The notes below the pieces were generated by a model that had not been told where the DNA came from, did no database searches, and saw nothing but the letters and a program-made list of their open reading frames with translations. Shown here one piece after another: positions 17,744 through 26,893 of a DNA stretch of 64,000 nt. The stretch comes from Ferruginibacter sp. GTDB taxonomy: Bacteria > Bacteroidota > Bacteroidia > Chitinophagales > Chitinophagaceae. The stretch is taken from positions 9,640 through 73,639 of the forward strand of contig JANOZW010000254.1 in assembly GCA_031429575.1 (NCBI GenBank), in the 5' to 3' direction. A program made the position numbers and the translations under genes. Every line of letters begins with the position of its first letter. Within the stretch, counting starts at the first letter, position 1.

Positions 17744-19801
17744 TTAATAATTCACCAATCGCTCCACCATTTCTCCCAACCTTCCATAAGCCATAAAGTT
17801 TTTTTCAAGCTCTATACTAAATGGAATAGGGGTATCCAAACTTGCGCAACGCATAACAGGAGCATCTAATTTATCAAAACAATTTTCGCCAATCCATGCG
17901 GCTATTTCGCCGCCAATGCCACCAGTGAGGGAATCTTCGTGCAATATTAAAACCTTACCCGTTTTTTCTGTAACCATTTTTATGGCATCAAAATCTAATG
18001 GCAATAATGTTCTCAAATCTAATATCTCTATACTAATATCCTTATTTTTTTCTGCATACTCTATTGCCCAATGTACACCTGCACCATACGTAATTATGCT
18101 TATGTCATCGCCATGCTGTACATATCTTGCTTTACCAATTTCTATTTCATAATACTCATCTGGCACTTGCCCACTCACACTTCTATACAAAGCTTTATGC
18201 TCAAAAAACAATACAGGGTTAGGGTCATTAATAGCTGCTATCATTAATCCTTTTGCATCTTCGGGTGTGCTTGGATAAACCACTTTTAACCCCGGCGTAT
18301 GCACAAACCAAGCCTCATTGCTCTGGCTATGAAATGGCCCTGCGCCTACACCGCCGCCCGTTGGCATGCGTATAACTACATCGGCCCCTTGCCCCCAGCG
18401 GTAATGTATTTTAGCCAAATTATTTATTATTTGATTAAAGCCTACGGTTGCAAAATCTGCAAATTGCATTTCCATTACTGCTTTAAAACCTTCCAAACTT
18501 AACCCTAACGCACTGCCTACAATGGCGCTCTCACACAAGGGTGTATTGCGTACTCTATCTTTGCCAAACAATTCTACAAAACCTTCTGTTACTTTAAATG
18601 CGCCACCATACTCTGCAATATCTTGTCCCATTAAAATTAAATTCTCATGTTTTTGCATGGATTGTTTTAGGGCGTCGGAAATGCCGTTGATGAATTTTTT
18701 TTCTGTTTCGTTTCTCGTTTCTCGTATCTCGTTTGGTTCGTTTCTTGTTTCTCGTTTCTCGTTGAGTGATACTTTGGAGTTATCATAAACCGTTGTTGTC
18801 TGTTGTCTGAGGTCTGTCGTCTTTTTTGCATAAACATCTCCAATTTCCTCTGTCGTATTCGCTACAATTTTATTTGCCTTATACGCTTCGGCTAGTTCTG
18901 TTTCTATATACGTTTTGGTATCAGCTTTTATTTTTTCTATTGCTTCCGCAGTTAAATGTTCTTCATCAAGCAACCAAGCTTCATAATTTTTCACAGGATC
19001 TTTCTTTTCCCATTCGCTAAATAATTCTGGAGGTACATATTTTACACCGCTGGCTTCTTCGTGCCCACGCATGCGAAACGTCATACACTCTATTAAATAT
19101 GGTTTTTGATTTTTTATACAATATTCTCGAATGCCTTTTATGGTGTCATACACTTCCAGTAAATTATTACCATCAATGCGAACACCTTCCATGCCGTAAC
19201 CTTTTGCTTTGTCCACCAAACTTTCGCAGCGGTATTGTTCATTTACTGGTGTACTCAATCCATATCCGTTATTTTCTATTACAAATATTACTGGCAAATC
19301 CCACACGGCTGCTGTGTTTAATGCTTCATGAAAATCACCTTCGCTTGTACCACCATCTCCAGTAAAAGCAAGTGATACTTTTTGTTGTTTTTTTAATTTA
19401 TATGCAAGCGCTACACCATCAGCAATGGCTAATTGTGGGCCAAGATGAGAAATCATTCCGCAAATGTGATGTTCTTTACTACCAAAATGAAAACTACGCT
19501 CACGCCCTTTGCTATAACCTTCTTTATTGCCTTGCCATTGCATAAATAATTTACTTAGTGGCATATTACGACCTGTAAACACACCTAGGTTTCTATGTAA
19601 CGGCATTATCCATTCATTTTGTTGCATGGCGGCTGTAACACCTACCGATATTGCCTCCTGCCCAATACCGCTAAACCATTTAGATATTTTTCCTTGGCGT
19701 AACAACACGAGCATTTTTTCCTCTATCATGCGGGGCAGCAAAATAGATTTATACAATGCTATAAGTTTTTCTGGCGATAATCCTTTTTGTAAAAAATTCA
19801 T
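17744..19801 (-). CDS. 2-oxoacid (2-oxoisovalerate-type) dehydrogenase E1, fused alpha/beta
   Basis: TPP motif GDGGTSEGDFHEALN, FRMRGHEE, GQDIAEYGG, FHSQ; ATG 19801 preferred because the track extension to 19909 translates a repeat array. Confidence 0.9.
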   Translation of the reverse strand: MNFLQKGLSPEKLIALYKSILLPRMIEEKMLVLLRQGKISKWFSGIGQEAISVGVTAAMQQNEWIMPLHRNLGVFTGRNMPLSKLFMQWQGNKEGYSKGRERSFHFGSKEHHICGMISHLGPQLAIADGVALAYKLKKQQKVSLAFTGDGGTSEGDFHEALNTAAVWDLPVIFVIENNGYGLSTPVNEQYRCESLVDKAKGYGMEGVRIDGNNLLEVYDTIKGIREYCIKNQKPYLIECMTFRMRGHEEASGVKYVPPELFSEWEKKDPVKNYEAWLLDEEHLTAEAIEKIKADTKTYIETELAEAYKANKIVANTTEEIGDVYAKKTTDLRQQTTTVYDNSKVSLNEKRETRNEPNEIRETRNETEKKFINGISDALKQSMQKHENLILMGQDIAEYGGAFKVTEGFVELFGKDRVRNTPLCESAIVGSALGLSLEGFKAVMEMQFADFATVGFNQIINNLAKIHYRWGQGADVVIRMPTGGGVGAGPFHSQSNEAWFVHTPGLKVVYPSTPEDAKGLMIAAINDPNPVLFFEHKALYRSVSGQVPDEYYEIEIGKARYVQHGDDISIITYGAGVHWAIEYAEKNKDISIEILDLRTLLPLDFDAIKMVTEKTGKVLILHEDSLTGGIGGEIAAWIGENCFDKLDAPVMRCASLDTPIPFSIELEKNFMAYGRLGEMVERLVNY
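18704..18821. repeat. Two 7-mer arrays (TTTCTCG-like; TGTTGTC-like) in-frame in the E1 alpha/beta linker
   Basis: TTTCTCG TTTCTCG TATCTCG tttggttcg TTTCTTG TTTCTCG TTTCTCG (18711-18761); TGTTGTC TGTTGTC TGAGGTC TGTCGTC (18794-18821). Confidence 0.85.
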
Positions 19802-19818
19802 AATGCGAAGATAGGAAA

Positions 19819-19853
19819 GTTCAAGGTTCAAGGTTGAAGGTTCAAGGTTCAGG
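19819..19853. repeat. 7-mer array (GTTCAAG) x5 just upstream of the E1 start
   Basis: GTTCAAG GTTCAAG GTTGAAG GTTCAAG GTTCAGG. Confidence 0.85.
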
Positions 19854-19980
19854 TAACAAAATTCGTACCCATCCTTTAAGAAATTATTTATTACTTTTAA
19901 ATAAATCATTGGTTATAAAAAACATTCTATTTTCCAATTAAACTAATTGTTTAATTTGTTTGAACTATAAAATAATCTAC

Positions 19981-20646
19981 ATGCAAACAGACAACAATAA
20001 TGCATTTGTAATTTCATATTTAAACCTACGCTTAGGTTTAGGGTTTGTAGGTTTTTTTCTTCCGATAATTTTAATGGCGGGCACATGGGGGTTGGCAGAT
20101 TGTACCCAGTTACAACCTTCGTTAAGCCATTATTATTATACCATTATGGGAGATTATTTTGTAGGCTCTTTGTGTGCCGTAGCCATGTTTTTATTTTTTT
20201 ATAAAGGGGTAGATAAGCAAGACGGCATCATTGCAAACTTTGCTGCAGTATTTGCTTTATTGGTTGCATTTTTCCCTACCAACCCCAGTGTAGATTCTAT
20301 TTGCCAATACATTTCTACCAATAAAGTTGCGTCTGTAAATGCTGTACATTATTCAGCCGCAGCCTTACTATTTGCAAGCTTTGCTTATTTTTCTATTTTT
20401 TTATTTACCAAAACTGATCCTACAAAAGAAATGACAGCGCATAAAAAAATGAGGAATCGTATTTATGTAACTTGTGGTATTATCATTATTATTTGTGTGA
20501 CTCTTATTGCCATATATAATTTTGTTGGCAAACTAGAAACAACTTTTGCTAAATATAAACCAACCTTGGTATTAGAAAGTATTGCACTCTTTGCATTTGG
20601 CACATCGTGGATTACAAAGGGAGAAATGATTTTGAAGGATGTATAA
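19981..20646 (+). CDS. Multi-pass membrane protein (DUF998-like)
   Basis: ISYLNLRLGLGFVGFFLP, SLSHYYYT, VHYSAAALLF, ESIALFAFGTSWITKGE. Confidence 0.65.
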   Translation: MQTDNNNAFVISYLNLRLGLGFVGFFLPIILMAGTWGLADCTQLQPSLSHYYYTIMGDYFVGSLCAVAMFLFFYKGVDKQDGIIANFAAVFALLVAFFPTNPSVDSICQYISTNKVASVNAVHYSAAALLFASFAYFSIFLFTKTDPTKEMTAHKKMRNRIYVTCGIIIIICVTLIAIYNFVGKLETTFAKYKPTLVLESIALFAFGTSWITKGEMILKDV

Positions 20647-20654
20647 AAAATTTA

Positions 20655-20918
20655 TTAATAGCTTATGCCTACACCACAAGTTAAAAATCCAAGCAAGAGC
20701 AAGAGTCCACCACTCATTAAAAAACCTTGTGCATAGCGTTTATCTTCTGCCATTAATAAAAATAAACCTACTACTAGCGCAATGAGCCCACCCACAAGAA
20801 ATACCAAACCTACAACTATTGATAATTCGCTTATAATATTTTGTGTGATTGTATAGATTACTGAAAATAAAATTGCACCTGCAAGATTTATTAAAATGAT
20901 TTTTACTGGTAGTTTCAT
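20655..20918 (-). CDS. 87-aa membrane peptide C with C-terminal TM-Cys motif
   Basis: Three hydrophobic segments; ends KRYAQGFLMSGGLLLLLGFLTC-GVGISY; 4-nt gap from the upstream gene. Confidence 0.8.
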   Translation of the reverse strand: MKLPVKIILINLAGAILFSVIYTITQNIISELSIVVGLVFLVGGLIALVVGLFLLMAEDKRYAQGFLMSGGLLLLLGFLTCGVGISY

Positions 20919-20922
20919 ATAT

Positions 20923-21186
20923 CTAAATTTTTACTTGGTACATAGAACAAATACTAAGACCAATAACCAAAGAAATACCTGCACTCATTAATAACCCCTT
21001 GCCTATATTTCGAGTGCTTAAAAAAATACACAAAATTATACCAACAAATAAATATAAAACAGAGAGCAATAAACCAGATAAGCCAACCATGGCTAACTGC
21101 TCTGTGCTATTATAAAAAAATACTCCTGCCCCAATGATAGCATAAGTTATTAAACAAAATATTAGGGTGTTTTTAAAATCTTTCAT
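20923..21186 (-). CDS. 87-aa membrane peptide B with C-terminal TM-Cys motif
   Basis: Ends RNIGKGLLMSAGISLVIGLSIC-SMYQVKI. Confidence 0.8.
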   Translation of the reverse strand: MKDFKNTLIFCLITYAIIGAGVFFYNSTEQLAMVGLSGLLLSVLYLFVGIILCIFLSTRNIGKGLLMSAGISLVIGLSICSMYQVKI

Positions 21187-21198
21187 TTAACAATTGTT

Positions 21199-21405
21199 TT
21201 AATGCCCACCACCAAAACTCATATTACTGCACATTGAAAACCCAATTACTACAAACACACCAAATAGCAATATCCCTCCCAGCAAAAATCTCAATCCTAC
21301 TTTTCGTTTCTGTTCATCGCTGCTGCACATTTTTACAATACCCATTATTACAAATATTAATGGCAACACAACTACAATAAATAATAATGCTATTAACGCT
21401 TCCAT
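21199..21405 (-). CDS. 68-aa membrane peptide A with C-terminal TM-Cys motif
   Basis: Ends KRKVGLRFLLGGILLFGVFVVIGFSMC-SNMSFGGGH; 9 nt after the rSAM stop. Confidence 0.8.
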   Translation of the reverse strand: MEALIALLFIVVVLPLIFVIMGIVKMCSSDEQKRKVGLRFLLGGILLFGVFVVIGFSMCSNMSFGGGH

Positions 21406-21414
21406 AATTATTTT

Positions 21415-22821
21415 TTACACAGGTAAACTTTCTCTTTCGGCCTGCAATATTTTTAAATACGCTTCCTTATCATCTCTATAAAAAAGATTCATGGTTTCAA
21501 AAGGTATGATGCGCCCATCCTTATGTACAATGTGTACGCAACTTTTTTTAATGGCTCGTACATCAAAATCATATGCATCTATAAAACGCATAATTATTAT
21601 ACGAAATAAATTTTCGTAGCCTAAACCTGGAGCTTCTATTTGTGGCAAACAACAAAGCAATTGTTTCATATTTTCTTCTACCCTATCTACAGAAATACCT
21701 GTGCTAAAAATATCAATCATTTTTTCTTTTAGCGCATCGTCTTGCTCATAAATAATGGTGTTGCGGCTATTGTCTAATAAATGGGTTGGATCAATATAGC
21801 GTGTAAGGGGAAAAGTTTGTCCTGATAATTTTAATGCATAACCCATCACCAAAGCATCTGGGTTACAAGGTACAGGCAACAAATCATTTGGTTTAAAAAT
21901 ATTGGTTTGTTCTAGTATTTTTCTGCGCACATCTGTTAGCGTAATCCTATCTGTAGCAGGGTTAAAGTTTTCTGTACGACCTGCTACTTGTGTAGGCTGA
22001 AACGTAACACCTCTTACACACTTTTGTTTGAGTGCAAATTCAATTATCTTTCCTATTTCATCATCATTTACTCCTTGCTGCAATGTTACTACCAATGTTG
22101 TTGAAAGATTTAATGCATTCAAATGTTCCAATGCTTTCATTCTTGTTTCAGTTAAATCTTTACCACGCAATTGCTCTAATGCAGATGATTTAAAGGAATC
22201 AAATTGCAAATAAATTTCAAAGTCGGGCGCATAAGTAGCTAGTTGCTTTGTAAACTCAAAATCTTTTGCGATTCTTATTCCATTTGTATTAAGCATTAAA
22301 TGCTTTATCGGTTTCTTTTTTGCAATATCCATTATGGCAAAAAAATCTGGATGCACCGTAGGTTCTCCTCCACTTATTTGTACTACATCTGGCGAACCTT
22401 CTGCAGCTACAATTATATCGAGCATTTTTTCTACTTCTTCCACCGTTCTGTGTCTTCCATAATGTGGGCTACTCATGGCATAGCAAGTAGGGCAAGCAAG
22501 GTTGCACCTATCTGTAATTTCAATAACCGTAAGGCAACTGTGCTGCTCATGATCTTGGCAAAGCCCACAATCGTACGGGCAACCATAATGTGTTTTTGTG
22601 GTAAAATGCAATGGCGTTTCCGAAGGCTTATTATAATTACGAATGTTTTTATAATACTCAATATCGGTTGCAATCAACACTTTTTCAAAGCCATGTTCAC
22701 GACATGTTTTAAGCATATACACATTGTCGTTTTCAAAAACAATTTTAGCATCTACACGTCGTAGGCATGTGCTACAAATACTTAGTGTAAAATCGTAATA
22801 GGTGTAGGGGCGGTTAGGCAT
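21415..22821 (-). CDS. Radical SAM enzyme, Tes/GDGT-MAS (MJ0619, COG1964)-like
   Basis: N-terminal CSTC...CREH, GCPYDCGLCQDH, rSAM CNLACPTC, ISGGEPTVH, C-terminal SCVH...GRIIPF; ATG 22821 overlaps the lgt-like stop. Confidence 0.8.
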   Translation of the reverse strand: MPNRPYTYYDFTLSICSTCLRRVDAKIVFENDNVYMLKTCREHGFEKVLIATDIEYYKNIRNYNKPSETPLHFTTKTHYGCPYDCGLCQDHEQHSCLTVIEITDRCNLACPTCYAMSSPHYGRHRTVEEVEKMLDIIVAAEGSPDVVQISGGEPTVHPDFFAIMDIAKKKPIKHLMLNTNGIRIAKDFEFTKQLATYAPDFEIYLQFDSFKSSALEQLRGKDLTETRMKALEHLNALNLSTTLVVTLQQGVNDDEIGKIIEFALKQKCVRGVTFQPTQVAGRTENFNPATDRITLTDVRRKILEQTNIFKPNDLLPVPCNPDALVMGYALKLSGQTFPLTRYIDPTHLLDNSRNTIIYEQDDALKEKMIDIFSTGISVDRVEENMKQLLCCLPQIEAPGLGYENLFRIIIMRFIDAYDFDVRAIKKSCVHIVHKDGRIIPFETMNLFYRDDKEAYLKILQAERESLPV

Positions 22822-23569
22822 TTGCTTGCAATAGTTTTTTGGGTTGAAGTATATATTTATAATAATAAATAAAACCAATAATTGAAGTTAGTTGAATTGT
22901 AGATAACCCAACTAAAACAGTGTAAGAAGGTTTGATAAATTCTTGTGAAAATCTATATACACAATACGCAATCATAAATATTTTAAACCTTGCACCTTCG
23001 GCTAATGTATATTTTTTTCCTATTTGCCTAAGACCAATCCAAAGTATTAAAAGGAATATAATTTCATATAAACTTACAGGATGACGCAGTAAACCATCAC
23101 CCAAATTCATTCCTGTAAAAAATGTTGTAACCTTGCCATACGTTTCTTCATACACGCCCATACTAAAACATCCGATGCGCCCGATGATAAGCGCTAATAT
23201 AATTGGATACGTAAACAAATCGCCACTGTTTCGTTTTTCTCCAATGATTTTTTTAATGAGTTCTACGCCAAATAATCCTCCTAAAAAACCACCCAATACT
23301 GTTTTATTACTATAGATGTATAGCAAAATATTTTTGGTGAGAAATAACTCATAGGGTCTTTCTAGTGAGCCTACCAGCCTACTTCCTATTAGTGAACCAA
23401 AAATAGCACCTATCAAAATCCATAGTCTATTTTCAGTTTTTATACTGTCGCCCTGCTTCTTTTTGAGAAAAATAAAATATCGAAAACCAATAAAAAATGC
23501 CAGCACTTCTGTAATAGCATGAAGTGGTAAGGTATTATTGCCAAAAGAAATTCCTATGGGGAAATGCAT
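22814..23569 (-). CDS. Prolipoprotein diacylglyceryl transferase (Lgt) family paralog
   Basis: Multi-TM; KTVLGGFLGG, GRIGCF, RHPVSLYE, YRFSQEFIK; ATG 23569 (MHFP) preferred. Confidence 0.85.
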   Translation of the reverse strand: MHFPIGISFGNNTLPLHAITEVLAFFIGFRYFIFLKKKQGDSIKTENRLWILIGAIFGSLIGSRLVGSLERPYELFLTKNILLYIYSNKTVLGGFLGGLFGVELIKKIIGEKRNSGDLFTYPIILALIIGRIGCFSMGVYEETYGKVTTFFTGMNLGDGLLRHPVSLYEIIFLLILWIGLRQIGKKYTLAEGARFKIFMIAYCVYRFSQEFIKPSYTVLVGLSTIQLTSIIGFIYYYKYILQPKKLLQANA

Positions 23570-23583
23570 TTTTAAAAATTTAA

Positions 23584-24237
23584 CTATTGCTTTACCCAAA
23601 TGATACCACCAGGGTTTCTTTCATAAGAAATAATGCCATTATTTTTTGCAAGTATAAATTTATATACACCAGCTTTTTTATTTACAAACGTATCTCTACT
23701 AATTATTTGAACAGTTGGGTAAGAGTTTCCAGCTACATTATAATTAGAAAAATTTTGGACTGTTGCATTTATGCCATCACCATCACTAAAACTAACTTTA
23801 TCAAAGCCGTTTTCTATTATGCCTACTCCTGAAATATTGTTTTGGTATAAATAAATAGAAACATTTCTACCAACATCTGTGGAATAAACGGCTTGTGATA
23901 CAGATAACATAACATTAAATATTGAACGCCCTGAAGAATCTGTTTTAGTACTTCTGAGCGCTTTTACAGCTTCACAAGATCCTGTAGTACTTTTTACTTG
24001 ATACTCTGACGTAGAATCTGTTAACCTAAGATTAAAAGTATCATATGCATTGGTACTATTCTTAAAAATTAATTTTTGATTACTTTTATATGGAAACCAG
24101 CTATCTAGTAACGCATCATTATATCCACCACATGGTACTGTTTTAGAGCAAGTGCTTTCACAAGAATATATAGAAAGTATAAAGGGGCATAGTATCATAA
24201 ATATTATACTTTTTTTATTGATATTTATTTTATACAT
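23584..24237 (-). CDS. Putative lipoprotein, hypothetical
   Basis: Hydrophobic N-terminus with lipobox-like SIYS-C, then ESTCSKTVPC. Confidence 0.7.
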   Translation of the reverse strand: MYKININKKSIIFMILCPFILSIYSCESTCSKTVPCGGYNDALLDSWFPYKSNQKLIFKNSTNAYDTFNLRLTDSTSEYQVKSTTGSCEAVKALRSTKTDSSGRSIFNVMLSVSQAVYSTDVGRNVSIYLYQNNISGVGIIENGFDKVSFSDGDGINATVQNFSNYNVAGNSYPTVQIISRDTFVNKKAGVYKFILAKNNGIISYERNPGGIIWVKQ

Positions 24238-24303
24238 GATAATACACTTAGAATTGTGTTTTAAAAGTACAACAAATAATCCTTAGAGCAAATATTTTAA
24301 CTA

Positions 24304-24329
24304 CAAAAAAGCCAAGCCTTTCGGCTTGG
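24304..24329 (-). terminator. Intrinsic terminator of the ECF operon
   Basis: Minus strand GCCAAGCC-GAAA-GGCTTGGC-TTTTTT. Confidence 0.85.
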
Positions 24330-24352
24330 CGATACCAAATTCAAAAAAATAT

Positions 24353-25402
24353 TTACCGAAATTTTATTGATCCATAATCATTATTGATACTAATTTTTGC
24401 GGTACCATTTCCTATTTTCGCTTCGTGCTTTTTGGTAAAATTGCAGCATCCATCTTCATCATCATCTTTATCTGTTTTTATTTCTAGTGCTTTGTTTTTA
24501 CTCTTTACATTACCGTAAGAAGAATTAATCATAAAACTTGCATTGGCCCTTTCGTCCACGGTTATTTCCATAGTAGAGTACCCGTTTGTCATTTTCACAT
24601 TGCCAATATCTTTACCAAAACCTAATGTAATATCGCTACTATAATCAAAGTGCATTTCGCCATTTCCATTTATGGTTGCTATATCACAATTGCCATAGCC
24701 AATTTTAAAATCAGGATTGATCAACGATTTTATATCAGCATTGCCATACTCAATAGCTATTTCATTAGATTCGCTGCTTAAAACTCCTGCAGATAAATTA
24801 CCATACTCGTTTACAATATCGAGCGCTCCAGCAAAATCATCAATATTTGTATTTCCAAATTCGTTACGTAGTTTCATCTTTGTAGAAGATGGCAAATAAA
24901 CAGTATAATTTATTCTCATCGATTGTGAATTGCCATTATAAGAATAATTATAGTTATCATCACAATCGCACTTTTCATTACTCTTACTACTTTTAGATGT
25001 AGTTGTAGAAATTGTTTTAGAAATGGAAGCCCCATTGCCGTTATCATCATAGTGAACACTATTGCCACCGCCATAAGACTGGTCTATTACTGTTTTAAAA
25101 CTAACCAATCCGTCATTTTTACTATGTTTTATAACAATACCATCTATTATTTTTACGGCTTTTGCTTCTGTTCTAGCACTTACTTCTATTTCAATATCTA
25201 CTTTTATTTTATTCTCCGCCCAAGTGTTTATTTTAATATCGCCAAACTTATTACTAAGCGATACTTTATCGCTACCACTTAGTTCATATGTTTGTGTAAT
25301 ATTTTTCTTTTTTTCTACGTCGGTTTTATTGCTGGCATTTTGCGCACTTGCATTATTACCTGCTATAAGCAACATCAGTACTAGTTTAAATATTGTTTTC
25401 AT
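24353..25402 (-). CDS. Secreted DUF4097/adhesin-like beta-repeat protein
   Basis: MKTIFK signal peptide; repeated xxNxYGxxxI motifs (NKFGDI, NEFGNT, NEYGNL, SSYGNV, NDYGSI). Confidence 0.75.
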   Translation of the reverse strand: MKTIFKLVLMLLIAGNNASAQNASNKTDVEKKKNITQTYELSGSDKVSLSNKFGDIKINTWAENKIKVDIEIEVSARTEAKAVKIIDGIVIKHSKNDGLVSFKTVIDQSYGGGNSVHYDDNGNGASISKTISTTTSKSSKSNEKCDCDDNYNYSYNGNSQSMRINYTVYLPSSTKMKLRNEFGNTNIDDFAGALDIVNEYGNLSAGVLSSESNEIAIEYGNADIKSLINPDFKIGYGNCDIATINGNGEMHFDYSSDITLGFGKDIGNVKMTNGYSTMEITVDERANASFMINSSYGNVKSKNKALEIKTDKDDDEDGCCNFTKKHEAKIGNGTAKISINNDYGSIKFR

Positions 25403-26111
25403 AATCCTTCTTTTTTTTGATTGTTTCAATCTTGTTTAAAATAATTAATTGTTTATTTAGCAAATCGATTTGTACTTGTAGGTTATAAATCATAGCATTT
25501 ATTAAGGCCGATTTATTGTTTGTATTGGGCAATTGTTTGTTAAGCTGCTTATACGTTTGGTTTAATTCAGCTATGTCTTCTGAAAAGTTTTTATATACCT
25601 CGGGGTCATTTTTAGCAAGCTTTTTAATTTCGTTTCCTTTATAAGTAATCAGTTTAGCAAAGTGTGTTTTACTCTCATTAAAAGCAAGCATTTCTTCATC
25701 TTCAACTATGTATTTCGATGGCTTTTGCTTTTCTTCGGTATTTTCTAAAGACTGTTTTGCAATAAATTTTTCTTCTTTATTTACTGGATCGTTAATGTTA
25801 TTTTTAGGTGTATCTATTGTTATTAAAGCTTTAGTGTCTTTTTGCTCATCAGATTGTTTTACAATATTTGGTTGTGCAGGCTCTGTATTTTTTTGATTAA
25901 AGAAAAATATACCGCCTCCAATTAACAAAATCACCGAAGCAGCTGCTACCCACTTATACATATTTATTTTTCGTACCGCAGCTTTTTGGTGCAACTGTAC
26001 ATTATTTACTTTCAAATCAGCCTCTAGTTTATTCCACAGCTTTTCAGATGGTTTATAATCATTAAACGCATCTTTATTTTGCTTCATAAAATTTTCAAGG
26101 TTCTTACTCAT
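25386..26111 (-). CDS. Probable anti-sigma factor (single TM, C-terminal coiled coil)
   Basis: LENFMKQNKDAFNDYKPSEKLWNKLE N-terminus, TM helix, directly downstream of an ECF sigma. Confidence 0.7.
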   Translation of the reverse strand: MSKNLENFMKQNKDAFNDYKPSEKLWNKLEADLKVNNVQLHQKAAVRKINMYKWVAAASVILLIGGGIFFFNQKNTEPAQPNIVKQSDEQKDTKALITIDTPKNNINDPVNKEEKFIAKQSLENTEEKQKPSKYIVEDEEMLAFNESKTHFAKLITYKGNEIKKLAKNDPEVYKNFSEDIAELNQTYKQLNKQLPNTNNKSALINAMIYNLQVQIDLLNKQLIILNKIETIKKKKDYENNI

Positions 26112-26157
26112 TGTTTTTTATTTAGCCAAAACATCTCTAAAAATTATTCTTTTTTTA

Positions 26158-26196
26158 CCTCACCTTTAATTCCTCTCTCCCGCAAAAAAGCGGGAC
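26158..26196 (-). repeat. REP-like hairpin with GGTGAGG tail
   Basis: TCCCGC-AAAAAA-GCGGGA stem; minus-strand tail AAAGGTGAGG resembles the copies at 39478 and 40110. Confidence 0.5.
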
Positions 26197-26220
26197 AAGC
26201 CGGAGCGCAAAAGGTAACTT

Positions 26221-26769
26221 TTAGAGATGTTTTAAAATTTGTAATAATTTTTGTTTTGCTCGCATATATTGTGTACGTGTGGTGCTGGTGGCTACGTGCA
26301 TTATCTCTGCTATTTCTTCGTGGTCGTAGCCTTCTAGCAAATACAAACTCAATACCGTTCTATATCCATCTGGCAATTGCTGTATTGCCGCTTTTACCTC
26401 TTCTACTTTGTATATAATCTCTTCCTCGTTTATCGTATCTTCCTCCATCAAATTTTCTGTTACTACTTTATCAATATCAATCAAATTGAGTTTTTTCTTT
26501 CTTAAATGATTAATACTTTTATTTATTACAATCGTTTTTAACCAGCCTCCAAAAGTACTCTCATAGCTAAATGTTTTTAGGTTATTAAACGCATCCATAA
26601 AACTATCTTGCAATACATCTTCTGCCTCGGCAAAATGATTTACAATTCTATAACAAGTGCTAAACATGGCTTTGCAATACCGCTGATACAATTCGCTATA
26701 GGCTTTCATTTCGCCTTGCAAACATTGTTTTACCAATTCATCTGTATGTATAGTGGCAGTTAGCTGCAA
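26221..26769 (-). CDS. ECF RNA polymerase sigma-70 factor
   Basis: AEDVLQDSF, FGGWLKTIVIN, LPDGYRTVLSLYLLEGYDHEEIA; TTG start. Confidence 0.92.
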   Translation of the reverse strand: MQLTATIHTDELVKQCLQGEMKAYSELYQRYCKAMFSTCYRIVNHFAEAEDVLQDSFMDAFNNLKTFSYESTFGGWLKTIVINKSINHLRKKKLNLIDIDKVVTENLMEEDTINEEEIIYKVEEVKAAIQQLPDGYRTVLSLYLLEGYDHEEIAEIMHVATSTTRTQYMRAKQKLLQILKHL

Positions 26770-26893
26770 ATGGTTTGTTTATATATAGTGACAAGCGTAT
26801 GTGAACAATGTTGCACGAAAGGTAAAATATTCTTAAAGAATTTTTTTACCGAATGAAAGAAGCATGAACGGACATTTAAAAGGTAAAATTTTT

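Noticed and set aside
19802-19909. 36-aa N-terminal extension of E1 in the ORF track
   Set aside because: It translates the GTTCAAG array (NLEPSTLNLEL); MNFLQKG at 19801 looks like the real start
24353-26769. ECF sigma/anti-sigma/DUF4097 operon as part of the Lgt-rSAM system
   Set aside because: A strong intrinsic terminator at 24304-24329 separates them, and this trio is a common Bacteroidota module
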